From NCBI GenBank assembly GCA_030704615.1, contig CM060733.1, positions 12,090,001-12,154,000 on the forward strand: 64,000 nucleotides of DNA, written 5' to 3'. Position 1 is the stretch's first letter, and the number at the start of each line of letters is the position of its first letter. The position numbers and the translations under genes are program-made. Shown in pieces: positions 1 through 12,733 of the stretch. This DNA is from Takakia lepidozioides (Eukaryota > Plantae > Bryophyta). Under the pieces are notes generated by a model that ran no database searches, was not told where the DNA came from, and saw only the letters and a list, made by a program, of their open reading frames with translations.

Positions 1-366
1 CCTGCAGGTTAGGGATAAGGTCTGGCAGGCTTGGCTCGCAAGTCTTTCTCGTCCTCTCACTGACTGTCTTCGCTTCCTGGCTTCTTCCAGCTGGGTTGGC
101 GAGTGTTGGTTTTGGAGAAAGCTGTGGAAATGCGAACTGGAAAGCTCTATATAAGCAAGGGAGATTCTAGTTGTGGTCATCGCCTACATCTGCGTGCGAG
201 AACAAGTTGCTAGTGTGTGCGGTCGAAGCTTTTGAATCGAAGATCAGAGACTCAAATTTTGATAGAAGTGGTGAAGGAGACAGATTGACAGAGCGAATTG
301 GAGCTGAAAGAAGAAGAGACTTGTCATCTGTTTTCCATATTTAGAGAGAGAGAGAGAGAGAGAAGC

Positions 367-1177
367 ATGGCCGCCATGGGTACCGCCATGGCGACGAAGG
401 CATCTCAAAGCACTATCCTATTCTCTCAGCTGCGAGGAGATTGGGGTTCCTCGATGAAGGGTGAAGGATGCACGCAATTGAGCCATGACATTCAGAGGGT
501 GAGAATGGCAAGGGCAACCCGAGCTCAGCCTGTCATGAAAAACATCAATGAAGGAAGGGGCATTTTCGCGCCACTTGTTGTGGTGGTACGGAATGTCGTA
601 GGCACTAAACGCTTCAACCAGCTACGAGGGAAAGGCATTGCTTTGCATTCACAGGTCAGTCCTTTGTACTTAATATGCTACTACCCCCACAAGAGTAACA
701 ATTTTCACTGCGGAACGAGCATATGTCTTCATTGCCTCTCTTTCCTCATGGACATAGTTTGAATGAAAATGTGAGGTGTTTGTCACTCTGTGTTTTTTCT
801 ATGAGTTGGAGAGGGAAAGACAGATTGTAATGATTCGGATGGGCAAGGGAGGCTTGAGTGGCATTGTTATGCCGAGTGAAGCACCGACTTGAGTGCTGCA
901 AATATCTTTTTTGCGGGATGACTCGCTCTTCAGTTACAAACTAGTTCCCAATAGCTTCTTAGGGTGGAATATTGGAAATGTGTGGGATTTTGTCTACGTG
1001 AGTCACCCTCCTTGGAACTGCTCTCTCCTTGGTGCTTAAACCTTGTGACTGTCATGCATTTATCATGTGCAGGTTATCACTGAGTTCTGTAAGTCAGTTG
1101 GGGCGGACGCCAAGCAAAGGCAAGGTTTGATCAGACTGGCAAAGAAGAATGGTGAAAAGTTGGGCTTCTTAGCTTAA
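367..1177 (+). CDS. PGR5: PROTON GRADIENT REGULATION 5, chloroplast cyclic electron flow protein; 2 exons (367-654, 1073-1177)
   Basis: Spliced translation ...QPVMKNINEGRGIFAPLVVVVRNVVGTKRFNQLRGKGIALHSQ|VITEFCKSVGADAKQRQGLIRLAKKNGEKLGFLA* is the PGR5 signature. GT-AG intron 655-1072, transit-peptide-like N-terminus, (AG)n in the 5' UTR. Confidence 0.96.
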
Positions 1178-2650
1178 TTACCAGAGGTTCTTCCATTTAA
1201 TTTATGGGCGGGCAGGATACATGGGTTAACCTCTTTCTTTTAGTTCAGCAGATCGGTTCCAGATTGGTACCCAAGGCCATAGCTATATGTTATATGAGTG
1301 TAGATACTTCTTTTCATGAGAAACCATCACCATAGATTGCCACTTGCTACATTTGTGACGCCATTGTCTTTTCAATCGGGTTGACAGAAGACTCTTTATT
1401 CCATTGTTGTGATCAACTGCTGTTTGGAGCGAAAATTGTGTGCCATTGGATTCCTTTACAGCGCTATTAGCACATGTCTGCGTGATCTATGAAGGGAAGT
1501 TATTATGAACAGCTTTCTACCCTAAATTTGTTAGTGACAACCAGGCACATGGTGCAGGTGAGCGTTAACTCGTCACCGGATGTAAGCTGGAAATCTCTAG
1601 CAACTGCATGTTCCAGCAGAACTCGAAGTAGGGTTTCTGGATTTGGCAGTGTGCGATATTTTCTCAGTTTTTCTGCCAGGCCCAAAGGCCGTGCTGTCTG
1701 CACATATCCCATCTTTCTTTCGATCTATAGCAGGATGGCAAATATCACTGCTCTTCTCTCACTTCTGGTGATGAGGTTGTTGCTCTACTTGTCTAATAGG
1801 GACTCCTCCATCTTCTTTTAGTTTGATCCTAGGTAGGCCGGTTAATTTATATGTGGGTGTAAATACTGTGTACGAGTTGAGAGAATAGATGAGCACAGTA
1901 GCATGGGCAGCAACTCTCTGAAGCTTGGAGTTGCTGTCATCATCTGTACTACAATTGTTGGTGCCTGGAGAGGTGTGTGGTAATTGCACAACACGCCAAT
2001 GTTGCCACTGCTCATTGGTCATTTGCACTGTGATTAGAGAACCACTTGTCACTGCATATGCCCTGCAATATAATTCCGCAGTTGTGCAAATGAATCACTG
2101 GTCTTATTTATAGTTATCATGCTACCACAGCCACAGGGGAGAGAAAATTAAGGGTTTTAGTTATTGAACCATAAGTGGTATAGTGTCTGATTGACATTTC
2201 CACACACATGTGTTATAAGACCTACTTTTTCAACATGAATACAAGCAACAGCTCTGCAGTGTGACCTCTTTCCTCTTGTAGAGAGAAAGGATCTTTGAAT
2301 GGTATGCACTAAATCCTGTGGCTGGGAAACCTACCAGAAAGGTCTTATACCAGTTAAGTGAGTTGGTTCTTACATAAATCTCACAAAGCCAATGTGGAAA
2401 GGTGCAGCATTGGTTGGTATGAGAGGAGAAAGAAAGAGAACTTCTCCCATGAGTTATAGTGTCTCTTCATCCCCAATGACTAATACCTTCCATTGGGCCT
2501 AGAAAAAGATACATTGTCCATTCCTAAGCAAGGAAAGTCACTTTACAAGATGAGTCGCCAAGTGGTTTGTCCCTTGCTGAAAAATGGTGGAAGATGAGGG
2601 GGAATCCTAGGCAACTCAGCTCTAAAAAGAAGGGCTGTTGGCTTAATTGA

Positions 2651-3429
2651 TCATATGAAGTTGCGACTTTGTTCCACTTTCTTCGTCTCAAAATCCCTCA
2701 TCCATTCAGGCTCATCATCTTCCATTGTCGAGCAGCTACCAGGGTCAGTCTTAGCAGGTTCTGCCGGGCGGCGGGCTGGTCTTGTAGTGATTGCAATGTA
2801 CTGCAGATCAAACTCAACGTCTTCCCTGTCTCTGCAAATCACATCAAACTGCACTATCAAAAGCATCAATGAGGCTTTGAACGGGTTGAGTGCACAAACG
2901 TTGTCCGATCCTGGCAAGCACTGTTATGAGGTAAAGGGCACCCCCCTTGACCAGAGTTGTGCATCACATAAGTGACACCCTTTCGTGCCTGCAAAGCTCT
3001 CTCAATCATGGCAATCATTAATCATCTCCCTGGGAAATTGGCAGTCCGTCATATATATATATATATCCATATCCAGTCATACGCATGAATGAAGTTGACC
3101 CACCCACTCTGGTACTGGACAGTCTGCGTTCAAACATCAAGGTAATCAGGCCAAAGGCAGAAGAATTGATGGGCTACACACTCCCCGATCCGCCGGCACG
3201 GTTAGGTCGGAAGATGAGGCAACAATTCCTTTGTAATTCAGTCCCCAGCTGCCACAACACGTTAGCAAAAATGGAGGGCGGAAAGGGACGAGAGAATGTC
3301 TGTGGGGCTCTCAACAATGGTGACACCCCCTTGTTGGAGAGCGCGGTAAACAGCCTTCATAAACTGCAGCTGGATGGTGTAGGGCTTGAATGGAAATGCC
3401 GGAAACTCCATTGCGCTGTCCTCCATCGC
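2651..3429 (-). pseudogene. DDX11: N-terminal remnant of a DDX11/CHL1 (XPD-family) DNA helicase
   Basis: MEFPAFPFKPYTIQLQFMKAVYRALQQGGVTIVESPT (Q motif and start of Walker A) breaks off before GTGK. A further fragment EDDEPEWMRDF is typical of DDX11. No remaining helicase motifs found. Confidence 0.7.
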
Positions 3430-3720
3430 TGCCACCCGCCGAGACCAAGACCAAGACAAAATGGCATTTATTTGGAATTACTAGAGGAGAAATTTTTTGA
3501 GACACCATGTCGGAGGTATCAGTGAAAGGAAGACCCAAACTCCTCAAAAAAGAGGGAGGGGTATTGAGATCCTTCTCTCGTTTGGTTTGGTTATGATTTC
3601 CACTCATCTCGGTAGAGTCCTGTTTCCTTCCAGTGTAAGATCCCTGGAAAGGGATGTCACACTTGTGAACAGCATTGCTTGAATCGGGGTGGAGGAGGGG
3701 AGTGGGCGAGGGGGAGGAGG

Positions 3721-6401
3721 ATGGCTGCCGCAGCGATGGCAGCAGCAGGGGCTGCGCAGGTGGTGCTGAGGGAGGTGCAAGGGGTGTCGTTGACAGGGAG
3801 TTACAGAAAAAATGTAGGATTGTTGAGGGGGTTATCGTCTGCAGGGTGCAGAGTCGGGAAGCAAGATGGGTTCAGCTCGCTGGTCTCCATCTCCACCGGT
3901 ACTGGTCTGCGGGGCTTGTCACTACCACAGTATCCGCAGCTGGGGCGTAGTGGGTTGCGCCATCGACAGGGTGTGCATGATGTGCCACCTCGTGGAACTC
4001 AAGTGCGAGCGAGCGCGAGTGGAGGGGCGGCTGTGGTGCCGGCTCCTGCTCCAAAGCCCGAGGAGCCTTGGCAGGGGGCAGCCATGAAGCCTCTTGCTGC
4101 ATCGTTGGCAGTAGGTATTTTGCTATGGTTTGTTCCTGCTCCTGCAGGTGTAGCCAAAAATGCGTGGCAGCTTTTGGCCCATGGCCACAATCGTGGGAAT
4201 TATTCCTCAGCCATTGCCACTTGGAGCCGTGGCTCTTATGGGCCTGGGTGCAACGGTTCTCACCAAGACACTCACGTTTGCTGCTGCATTCAGCGCTTTT
4301 GGAGAGCCCATCCCATGGCTTATTGCGCTTGCATTCTTCTTTGCAAAGGGGTTCATTAAGACTGGTCTTGGAAACCGAGTGGCCTACCAATTCGTGGCCC
4401 TCTTTGGCAAAACCTCTCTAGGGCTGGGCTACAGTTTGGTGTTTAGTGAGGCCCTTCTTGCTCCGGCAATTCCTTCTGTCTCTGCTCGTGCAGGTGGTAT
4501 CTTTCTGCCATTGGTCAAGGCGCTGTGTATTGCCAATCCTCTGAGTGTGAATCTGGCCGCAGGCGCCATTGGACAGACAATAAGTTGGACGGACTGGGCA
4601 GTTGCTGCTTTGGTGCCTGGCCTGATATCTTTACTGGTTATACCAGCACTACTATGTGGTCTACCCTCCTACCGTGAAGAGCAGCCCTGATGCTCCTAAA
4701 TTGGCTCAGGAGAACCTGGCAAAGATGGGGCCCATGAGCAAGAATGAGAAGATCATGGCTGGCACCCTTTTAGTTACAGTAAGTTGATCACCTCAGGCTT
4801 TTGTTTGTCATGGTTGGAGAGTTGGAAGGGAGTGGGAGGGGGCGAGTTGGGGGGTAGGGGGGAATTGGTTTCAATATTGTGGCTTATTTCCTTGCAAAAG
4901 AAATCCCTCCTGCCTTGTCCTCCCCTACCTAATTCATCAGGGGGTATATGATCTTGAATAATCAAGCATGGATCAATGGAATAACTCTCCCCCCTTTTGT
5001 TGTGAAGGTGGGCCTGTGGATATTTGGGAGCTTGATGAAGGTCGATGCAGTGACAGCTGCTATTCTAGGTCTTTCAGTGCTGCTTATAACAGGTGACATG
5101 GAAGGAGTGTCTGGGTGAGGCAGTTGCATGGGATACACTCACATGGTTTGCTGCTCTGATTGCCATGGCGAGCTATCTGAACAAGTATGGTCTCATTGCG
5201 TGGTTCAGCCAGACTGTTGTGAAGGTGAGTTTTCTCTTCTGATTGCAAAGCTACTGACTGTACGAGTATTCTAGAATCACAACAGTCCAATCACTGATAC
5301 AGTTGGGCAAGAGGCTGGTGATGGATAACCATGCCTATGTTGAATTCAACTGGCATGGCAAATGGAATGAGTGTTAAAGAATATTTATCCTTCTTTCAAA
5401 TCGAGAAAAATCTTATTGGGCAAGCTCACAAGCCACTTATACCTATATATGTCTTTGAAGGGACAGCCACTGCTACTAACTTCAGTACAAAAGTGAGATT
5501 CTGAACAATCCTTGGCCCCCCAGTTGGCTTGCTGATGTTGTCTACACATCACTAGTTTCTATGTTATGTTGTGTTTTGATTTCTATTGTTGATTTTGTAC
5601 GAATTTCTATGTCAAAATAGTATGTCACACTCTCATATACTTTGAGGAAAATCTAGTGAGGATTCAACTTTATGGAGAGAAGCATCTCCCCTATTAAGCT
5701 TTCATGTGTATGCAATCAATGGGCAGATTACACAAGCCTCCTTCCTTTGTCATACACCATCTGCCTCAGTGCCATTTGGTTTCCAGAATACCTGCAGGGA
5801 TGCCCTGAACAACATTCCATGGCAAGGTGCCTTGAACTGAACTGCATTTCAACTGAAGCGTAAAAGCTTATTAGGACTTGGGCCAACTCCTCTAACGCCT
5901 CCTGTTCCTGAAGTCATAGATATCTCCTGTCCTTTGGAAAATCTTGAAAGGCCACCTTGCAGAAAAGCAACAAGTATCTTTCTATTCGAAAGTAAACATT
6001 GAGGTAGATTTCTTACTTGGGGCTTGGTATTTGTGCAGGTGGTGGGGGGCTTGGGGCTCGCATGGCAGGCCTCGTTTGGCATTCTGGTGCTTCTCTACTT
6101 TTATTCACACTACTTCTTTGCTAGTGGTGCCGCTCACATTGGAGCCATGTTCACAGCATTCCTCTCTGTATCAACAGCCCTTGGGACGCCCCCTCTGTTT
6201 GGGGCTTTGGTCCTGGCTTTCCTCTCGAACCTCATGGGCGGGCTTACACATTACGGCATTGGGTCTGCACCTGTCTTTTATGGTGCAAACTACGTGCCAC
6301 TATCAAAGTGGTGGGGCTATGGATTCCTTTGTAGTGTTGTAATCATTCTGATCTGGCTTGGAATTGGTGGTGTTTGGTGGAAGTTCTTGGGGTTGTGGTA
6401 A
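3721..6401 (+). pseudogene. DIT1: Plastid 2-oxoglutarate/malate translocator (DiT1, DASS family) with frameshifts and an internal deletion
   Basis: WQGAAMKPLAAS, ATIVGIIPQPLPLGAVALMGLGA, APAIPSVSARAGGIFLPLVK, YFYSHYFFASGAAHIGAMF, WWKFLGLW*. Introns ~4779-5008 and ~5226-6038. Frameshifts near 4180, 4652 and 5093. The CGS...SMFLTAMA segment expected between ALCIA and NPLS is missing (~4533). Confidence 0.85.
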
Positions 6402-7512
6402 ACCAACTCTTTGGGTACAACAGGGCCCTAGTATTGTGGTCTTTTCTCAGTGGTAGTTAGATCCGAGCTGGTTACTTCATGAGGGTAGTGTGAAGCCAAT
6501 TGTTTGGGGGGCAAATTTTTTTATTCAATTGATCTATTCTATTTCCAGGTCTGTGGAACAAGTAGAAGGTAAGGAAGATCTGGCTAAGTGTGTATTTCCT
6601 AGGGCTAGGTATGACAAGCTCCCCCCATTAGGCATCCTAGGCCCACACTGACACACTGGTCCTGTTTGGTCGGCATTTTTGTGGTACTGTAGAGTTTAGC
6701 AATTTGTAGACAATAAACTTTTGTGTAATTCATTGAGCTACACCAATATTGCTCCTTCATGTGATATCTTTTCATCAGTTGGCCGAATGTTACGATTTAT
6801 CTGCTGGTTGGAGTATACTAGTATACCACACCAAAGAGGCCCTCTCGGAGGTTGTTGAGTATGTTAGCCTAGAATCTGATGTGTCTACATATCATGTACT
6901 TTGTCCAGCGAAAAGTCGAAGGTGTCAGCCACCTGGCAAACTCAAGCACAAGACTCAGCAAAGTACAACAGACTGAAGGTGGGGCAAGCATTAGGACTTC
7001 ATCACCATCGAGACCCTTATTCGAAAGCATCTTGACACTATTAGCTAGGGGTAGTGATCTGCTACATATATATTGTTAGGTTGCCAGATTTCTTGATTGG
7101 TTTTTTCCTTGGGGGAGGAAACAGGGAACAATAAACTTGTGAGGTGCCATATGGGCAAAGAAACCGGTCTTGGTATGGACTCCCCATATGCACTAATATG
7201 GGTTGATGCATTAGTATCAATGTTTTCTCTACTTACGTAATATATTGATATTACAAATATTATTTATCTATTGAAGCTTTTAATGGTATGTCTCGTGGCA
7301 CTACGTAGAGGGTTTTAATTTTTTTTGCAATTTGTTTTCCTTAAAAAAAGGGGAATGGTAGGAAGAGAGGCATTGAGTTACCATCCGAAGAATGGCAGCA
7401 GTTGACATTGGAGAGAGAGACAAAAAGAATGCTTCGATGTAACAAATGGCCTGAAGAGGCATGAAACAAAGCACTTTGATTGGTGCATTCTTCTTCCAGA
7501 AGAACCTCTTGA

Positions 7513-7585
7513 TCCAAACTCGCAAGTTTCTTTTGAAGGTCACTCAGGTCCTAAGTGACCTTCAAAAGAAACTTGCGAGTTTGGA
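7513..7585. repeat. Perfect 32-bp inverted repeat with a 9-nt loop
   Basis: tccaaactcgcaagtttcttttgaaggtcact (7513-7544) and agtgaccttcaaaagaaacttgcgagtttgga (7554-7585) are exact reverse complements. Confidence 0.95.
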
Positions 7586-7864
7586 CTCAGGACTCAGCTT
7601 GACTTTGGTGTAAACCCTCCTACCAGTGCGCTGGTGTGCAGCAACCGGTCTGGATAACTCAAACTTGGATTCTGGCAAAGTTGCTGTGTAGTTGGAGGCT
7701 GCCGGGAATGCACGGGAGCGCCATTCTTTGCTGCCATCTCTGCCTTAAAAATGGCCGCATCTCGCTCAGCTTGTCTTGGTTTGCTAAGCGTGAACTTCTG
7801 CTGAACGAACACTTTGGCAAACTTGGTGGCATGCATCTTGGTCAATCTTCGCGACAGACTCGAA

Positions 7865-8430
7865 TCAATTTCTGGATGCAAACGCTCTGCCACCGCATGG
7901 TTCACATTCTCTTTTAGTGCTGTTGGGAACTCCCCCTTCTTTCTTATGACTGTCCCTGCTTTGAAACATCTCACTCAGCTTGCCTTGGAAGTGGCTCACA
8001 ATTTCCCGCCGAGACGCGGCAATGGAAGAGGGCCTGTCGGCATGGTCCATCCTTTTGGGAACTCCCCATTTCTTATATGACTGTCCCTACTTTGAAACAA
8101 CAGCATTGTCCAGCTTGGCACCTTAGAGAATTATAGTAGAGTAGAAGCATATCTAGGAACGACATGACGACGAGGACAGACACATAATGATTGAGCTGAG
8201 AGGTGAAGAGAATGCTTAATCTGAATCTATAGGAGAATGTGAATCATGCAGTGGTAGAACGTTTGCACCCAGAAGTTGAGTTGAGTATGTGAAGGTGCCA
8301 AGCTGAACAATGCTGTTGTTTCAAAGCAGGGAACAAAGAGGGGGGGGGGGAGTTCCCAACGGATGCACCATGCTGATGGGCCCTCTGCCATTGCCGCGTC
8401 TCGGCAGGAAACTGTGAGCCACTTCCTGCA
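7865..8430. repeat. Rearranged, imperfect inverted and tandem duplication
   Basis: 7865-7911 is inverted at ~8232-8280. ~7925-7968 is repeated at ~8055-8100 and inverted at ~8315-8360. ~7987-8035 is inverted at ~8378-8427. Confidence 0.8.
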
Positions 8431-10453
8431 TCTGAGAGGTCACTTCGTGTAGGTTGAAGCCTCCTTGATACATTATTCTCCCTCACATCAAGATCCTCAA
8501 TACTCTTGAGCTTACAGCTCGACGGAATGTCAATGTTCTCCTTCTCATCAGCGCTGCACCATCCTCCTGATCCCTGCACACTCCATAGTCACACAACCAG
8601 GTTTGAGATATCTCTCCCTCTACCCCGTACAAAAACGACGCAAGGTTTGGAGAAGGAACAGCTCTCTAGCATTCGCAGCAGGAAGGAAAAGCGATCGAGA
8701 GACATACAGCAGAACGGAACAAAGTAGGCCCTGTAAATGGTTGGGCATCAGCGCAGCAATGTCGTCGTCCTCACCGCAACACGCCATACTCTCTCTCTCC
8801 CTCCGTCACACTCTCTCATCCCTAACCTAGATACACGGAAATCATCAATCTATCTACCTTCGACACCTCCCCATCCCTCTCTCTCTCTCTCTCGCACATG
8901 TGCACAGTCTCCAGAGCCCACTTGAAATCCCAAGACCGAGCGCCCGACATGCTCTCGCGTTCCTTGCCTTGGTGAAACATGTTGTACTACGCACCTACCG
9001 CTGTCAAAAATGGAAGCAAAACAATAGACCCCATGGGAGAGCGGATTTTTTTCTTGTGAAAACTGGGACCTGGAAAATGATGCGTCAGCTACTTGTACAA
9101 AGAAATTATGGGGTATAAAAAACGAAAATTTCGCCAAAAAGCGCCTAGTTGAATCTCAGGGGAGAACAATAGGAATAATGTAAGAACTAAATACACACTT
9201 GCAATCTCTGCCAGGACGGTACGCTGGTTTCGGCATGTCAAATCTTTCCCACCCACTTTCTGAGTGACATGAAACGGAAGGGAGCGTAACTCCACTCAGG
9301 GTTACATCGGGTTACACAACAGGGAGTGTAACTCTACTTGATGTAATTTGCACTTTGTCTCGAAATTTGCTCAAGTATTAAATGGACTTCGAGGAGTTAC
9401 ACAAGCCGCAGGATGACACTACCAAGATTACACTAGGTTGAACTTGACACTGGCTATGTAGCCCCTTTTCTGACCCTGCCACCTCGTTAAGGGTCTAGCC
9501 ACGTGAGGCGCTGCGTGGAGTTGAGTCGTAGCCAAATGTGACCCCTTTGGAAAAATGAGAAAAGAATCGCTGCCATGGCAAAACAAACACGCCAAGATGG
9601 AATCCATCCGGATGGATGAAAAACACGTAAGAAGCCCACAAGAATGCCACTTCACTTTTCTCTACCAATAATTTGAGTTAAATGTTTTCTATCTGCTTTT
9701 CAAGAACAAAAATATAAACACATCAATAATAAATTAACAATGTAAGTGACCCTATTGATGGCCCTATGTCCTCTTATGACTTCTATTTCCGTTTTTAAGC
9801 ATATTTACTCTATAACCGTGGATTGTGCTCACCCCCTTGTTCTTTTCCCTGCTGAGGCTGTGCTCACACGATACCAACCCCTTTGCTACAGTCATGGTTA
9901 TCTTTTCCATGACCTTCAATGTCGTCGACATCTTCACCTGTGGCAACCACTTCTCTGGCCAGAAGACTTGGTGACTACCGCCATTCCCCGAGGCGTCTTG
10001 CCAAGGTCGCTCTTCATGGAGTCCAGGGAAACTAATACCATCCAGGTTTGTTTACATCAACTGAGAAAATCTTTACTGATATAAAAACAACCAAACTGCC
10101 CATGGTTGTACCTTTGTTTCGAACCCAACCTGCTCAACACCTGGCATTACGAAATCAGTAAAGGCTTGTTGATTTGCACATCTGTGTCAATGATTCTCTT
10201 GGTCTCATGTGAGATACAACAGATTAAAATACAATAATACTGTGATCCAGAAGCTAGCTAATAAATGTTTCTATAGGGCCAGTGAAAGGAACCAACATGC
10301 AAGTGGCATGCATATAGAGGGTGCCTTGTGGTTGCTCAACATGCAACTCCTGCAGATTAAGCTCTCGTTAAGTACTCAATCCAACAGGCTGGCTGCAAAA
10401 GAGAGAATTCGCCTTCCAGATTTCAAAATACTAGGAAACCATTTTGGGTCTTC

Positions 10454-12733
10454 TCAAAGAAGCGTTCTGTCCAGTTGCTCGCGATACACTGCCAAATCCT
10501 GCAATTTTGACAACCATTTCATAAGGACACTCCATAAAATGGAGAAAACAAGAGGCAGTTGAAGGCAATTCCTATATTCCCATGTTTCCTCTTAATCTGT
10601 GCTGAGCATATGACAAGATCCCAGCTAAAGCCTGCTCAAAGCTCATGACCACCTAAAGCTTACCGGAGTCAGGGCATAAACACCGGCTGCAGTTGATCCA
10701 ACTGGACTTCCACGGTACAAAAACTTGCTTTCTTTGCAGACATATAACATGGGAATGCCAGTTGACAGCTCAAGATCGATGACCTGTCATGATGATAAAA
10801 TAGTTCATGGAAACTCAGTCAGCTGGACAGTGAATCTAGGACTAAGCATGGAAAACAATGACTTTGGAATACTTCTACACATGAATAAATCAAGAGCTTC
10901 ATTGGAGCTTCGGATGGCTGCAGAACCAAAAGTTGCAACCACTACCTCTTGAGAGGTGAGTTTGTCCAGGTACATGATGATGGACCGTAGAGAATTGCCA
11001 TGAGCAGCAATCAGGACATTCTTCCCAGCTACCAGTTCTGGCACCACCTGCTCAAGATTCACACACCCGACCCACCTCAGAATGCGCACATGGGCAAGTT
11101 TATAGCACCTTAGAAAGTATGAAAGAAGCAATTTGGCATCATGTAACAAGGGCAGGATTCAACATGGACATCACACCTTCTCTGTGAAATAGGCTACAGC
11201 ACGCTCTGCACACATGGCTAAGCTCTCTCCGTTAGGAGGAGGGATGTCATAGCTGCGGCGCCACTCATGAACTTTCTGCGTCCCATATTTATCAGCTGTT
11301 TCTTTCTTGTTTAAACCCTGCAGCTCCCCATACCTGCATTGCCAATAAGTTTATTATTAATGATGAGAATGTGGAGGGAATTGTCTGCACATGAAGATTC
11401 AGTTGTTCAATTGTTAGCTTCACACCCACATACATTCATCCCAACTTTGCATGTCACAAACTGGGGTTCTCATCAGGTAACTTACATACGCTCATTCAGC
11501 TGCCAAGCTGTTACCACCGGAATGATCTCCTTTTCTGTATCGGAGCTAAATACCCTGCTCCACGCCTGTGCCCTTTCACTCTCATTGTGCAGAATGACTG
11601 GCACCTGCAGAAAGTAGCACCATGTAATTCCAACCACTTGATGTGTCACCTTCAACCTTTGTGACAAAAAAACCAAAGGCAATGCACATCCACAAGGATA
11701 GGCTCCATGGAATGCAGGTTGGTGGTTTCTGAGCAAAGCAGCTATGGAATTCTGCAAGAGCTATAACGTTGAATTTTTTTTATACATACACAGACAGCAA
11801 TAGAATGTGTTTGAAAATAACAAGAGCACAATCACCATCTTGACTGCCATCAGACAAATACAAGGAATTTTACAACATTCCGACCGTGCAAAGTGTGAAT
11901 GCCACTACAATCACGAAGAGCTATGGACATGGAAGCGACAATAAATACCTTTTGTTTCCGATGTTGTGTCATGGCCAGCATTGCAGTCATCTGAGCACGA
12001 ATCAAATCGGAAGTGAAAATCATGTCCACAGGAATCTCACTAATTCGCTTCCCAGCTTCAATGGCCTCACTCACCCCCTTTTGCGACAGTGGTACATCCA
12101 CACAACCTGTAAAGAGATTTTTAGAATTCCAAAGCGACTCCCCATGCCGGATCAATATCAATGCCGCTTCAGCTGCACAACCAACAGAAATCCCTCTTGT
12201 GTAAGACAACCGACAGCTGCCAAGATGATAGTCATGTTTGGAGCTAAATTGAGTTTAAGGATTCCAATACGCTGTCTTACGGTTGACACTCCTAATATCC
12301 AGCCAAGAAAACGGGAGCCAAGTGAAGGCAACCAACTTCTACTAAAAGTTCCGAAGAACATCATCCAATAAGCAAAGGAGTTCCCTGTGAAATCGACACA
12401 AGGAAATAACCTTCATCATCCTTCCAAAGGATATACAGAAGTTATCTGGTCAACTGCAAAACCGGCTTAGATCAACTTACCAGTAGCTCCAGAGGCTGAA
12501 GAGCCGTTGAGCAGCGAAGATGGCGCTTGAAGAGTGCACGCTACAGCTTGCCTCCCTACTCTCGTCACCTTACCATGTCTCCCTGTCGCGTGGCTTTTCA
12601 GGCCATGCACTCTGCTTTTAAATGGCGCCAATGTCAACATTGCATTTGTTACTTTGAACTCCTCGAACTTCCCTGGGTTACCTACTCCACTGATGTAGCC
12701 TATTTGGCTTTGACACGTTAAGCCTGTTGCCAT
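10454..12733 (-). CDS. Plastid-targeted 2,3-bisphosphoglycerate-dependent phosphoglycerate mutase (histidine phosphatase family, gpmA-like), multi-exon
   Basis: [34 protein letters not shown]|[44 protein letters not shown]; last exon [14 protein letters not shown] (stop 10454-10456). Transit-peptide exon starts MATGLTCQ. Confidence 0.92.

Noticed and set aside
1489-2113. Short ORFs downstream of PGR5, with a possible zinc-finger-like fragment (VNAHL) on the minus strand
   Set aside because: Stops in all frames and no recognisable family.
9100-9660. GTTACAC/GTAACTC repeats suggesting a DNA-transposon end
   Set aside because: No paired TIRs or TSD could be defined.
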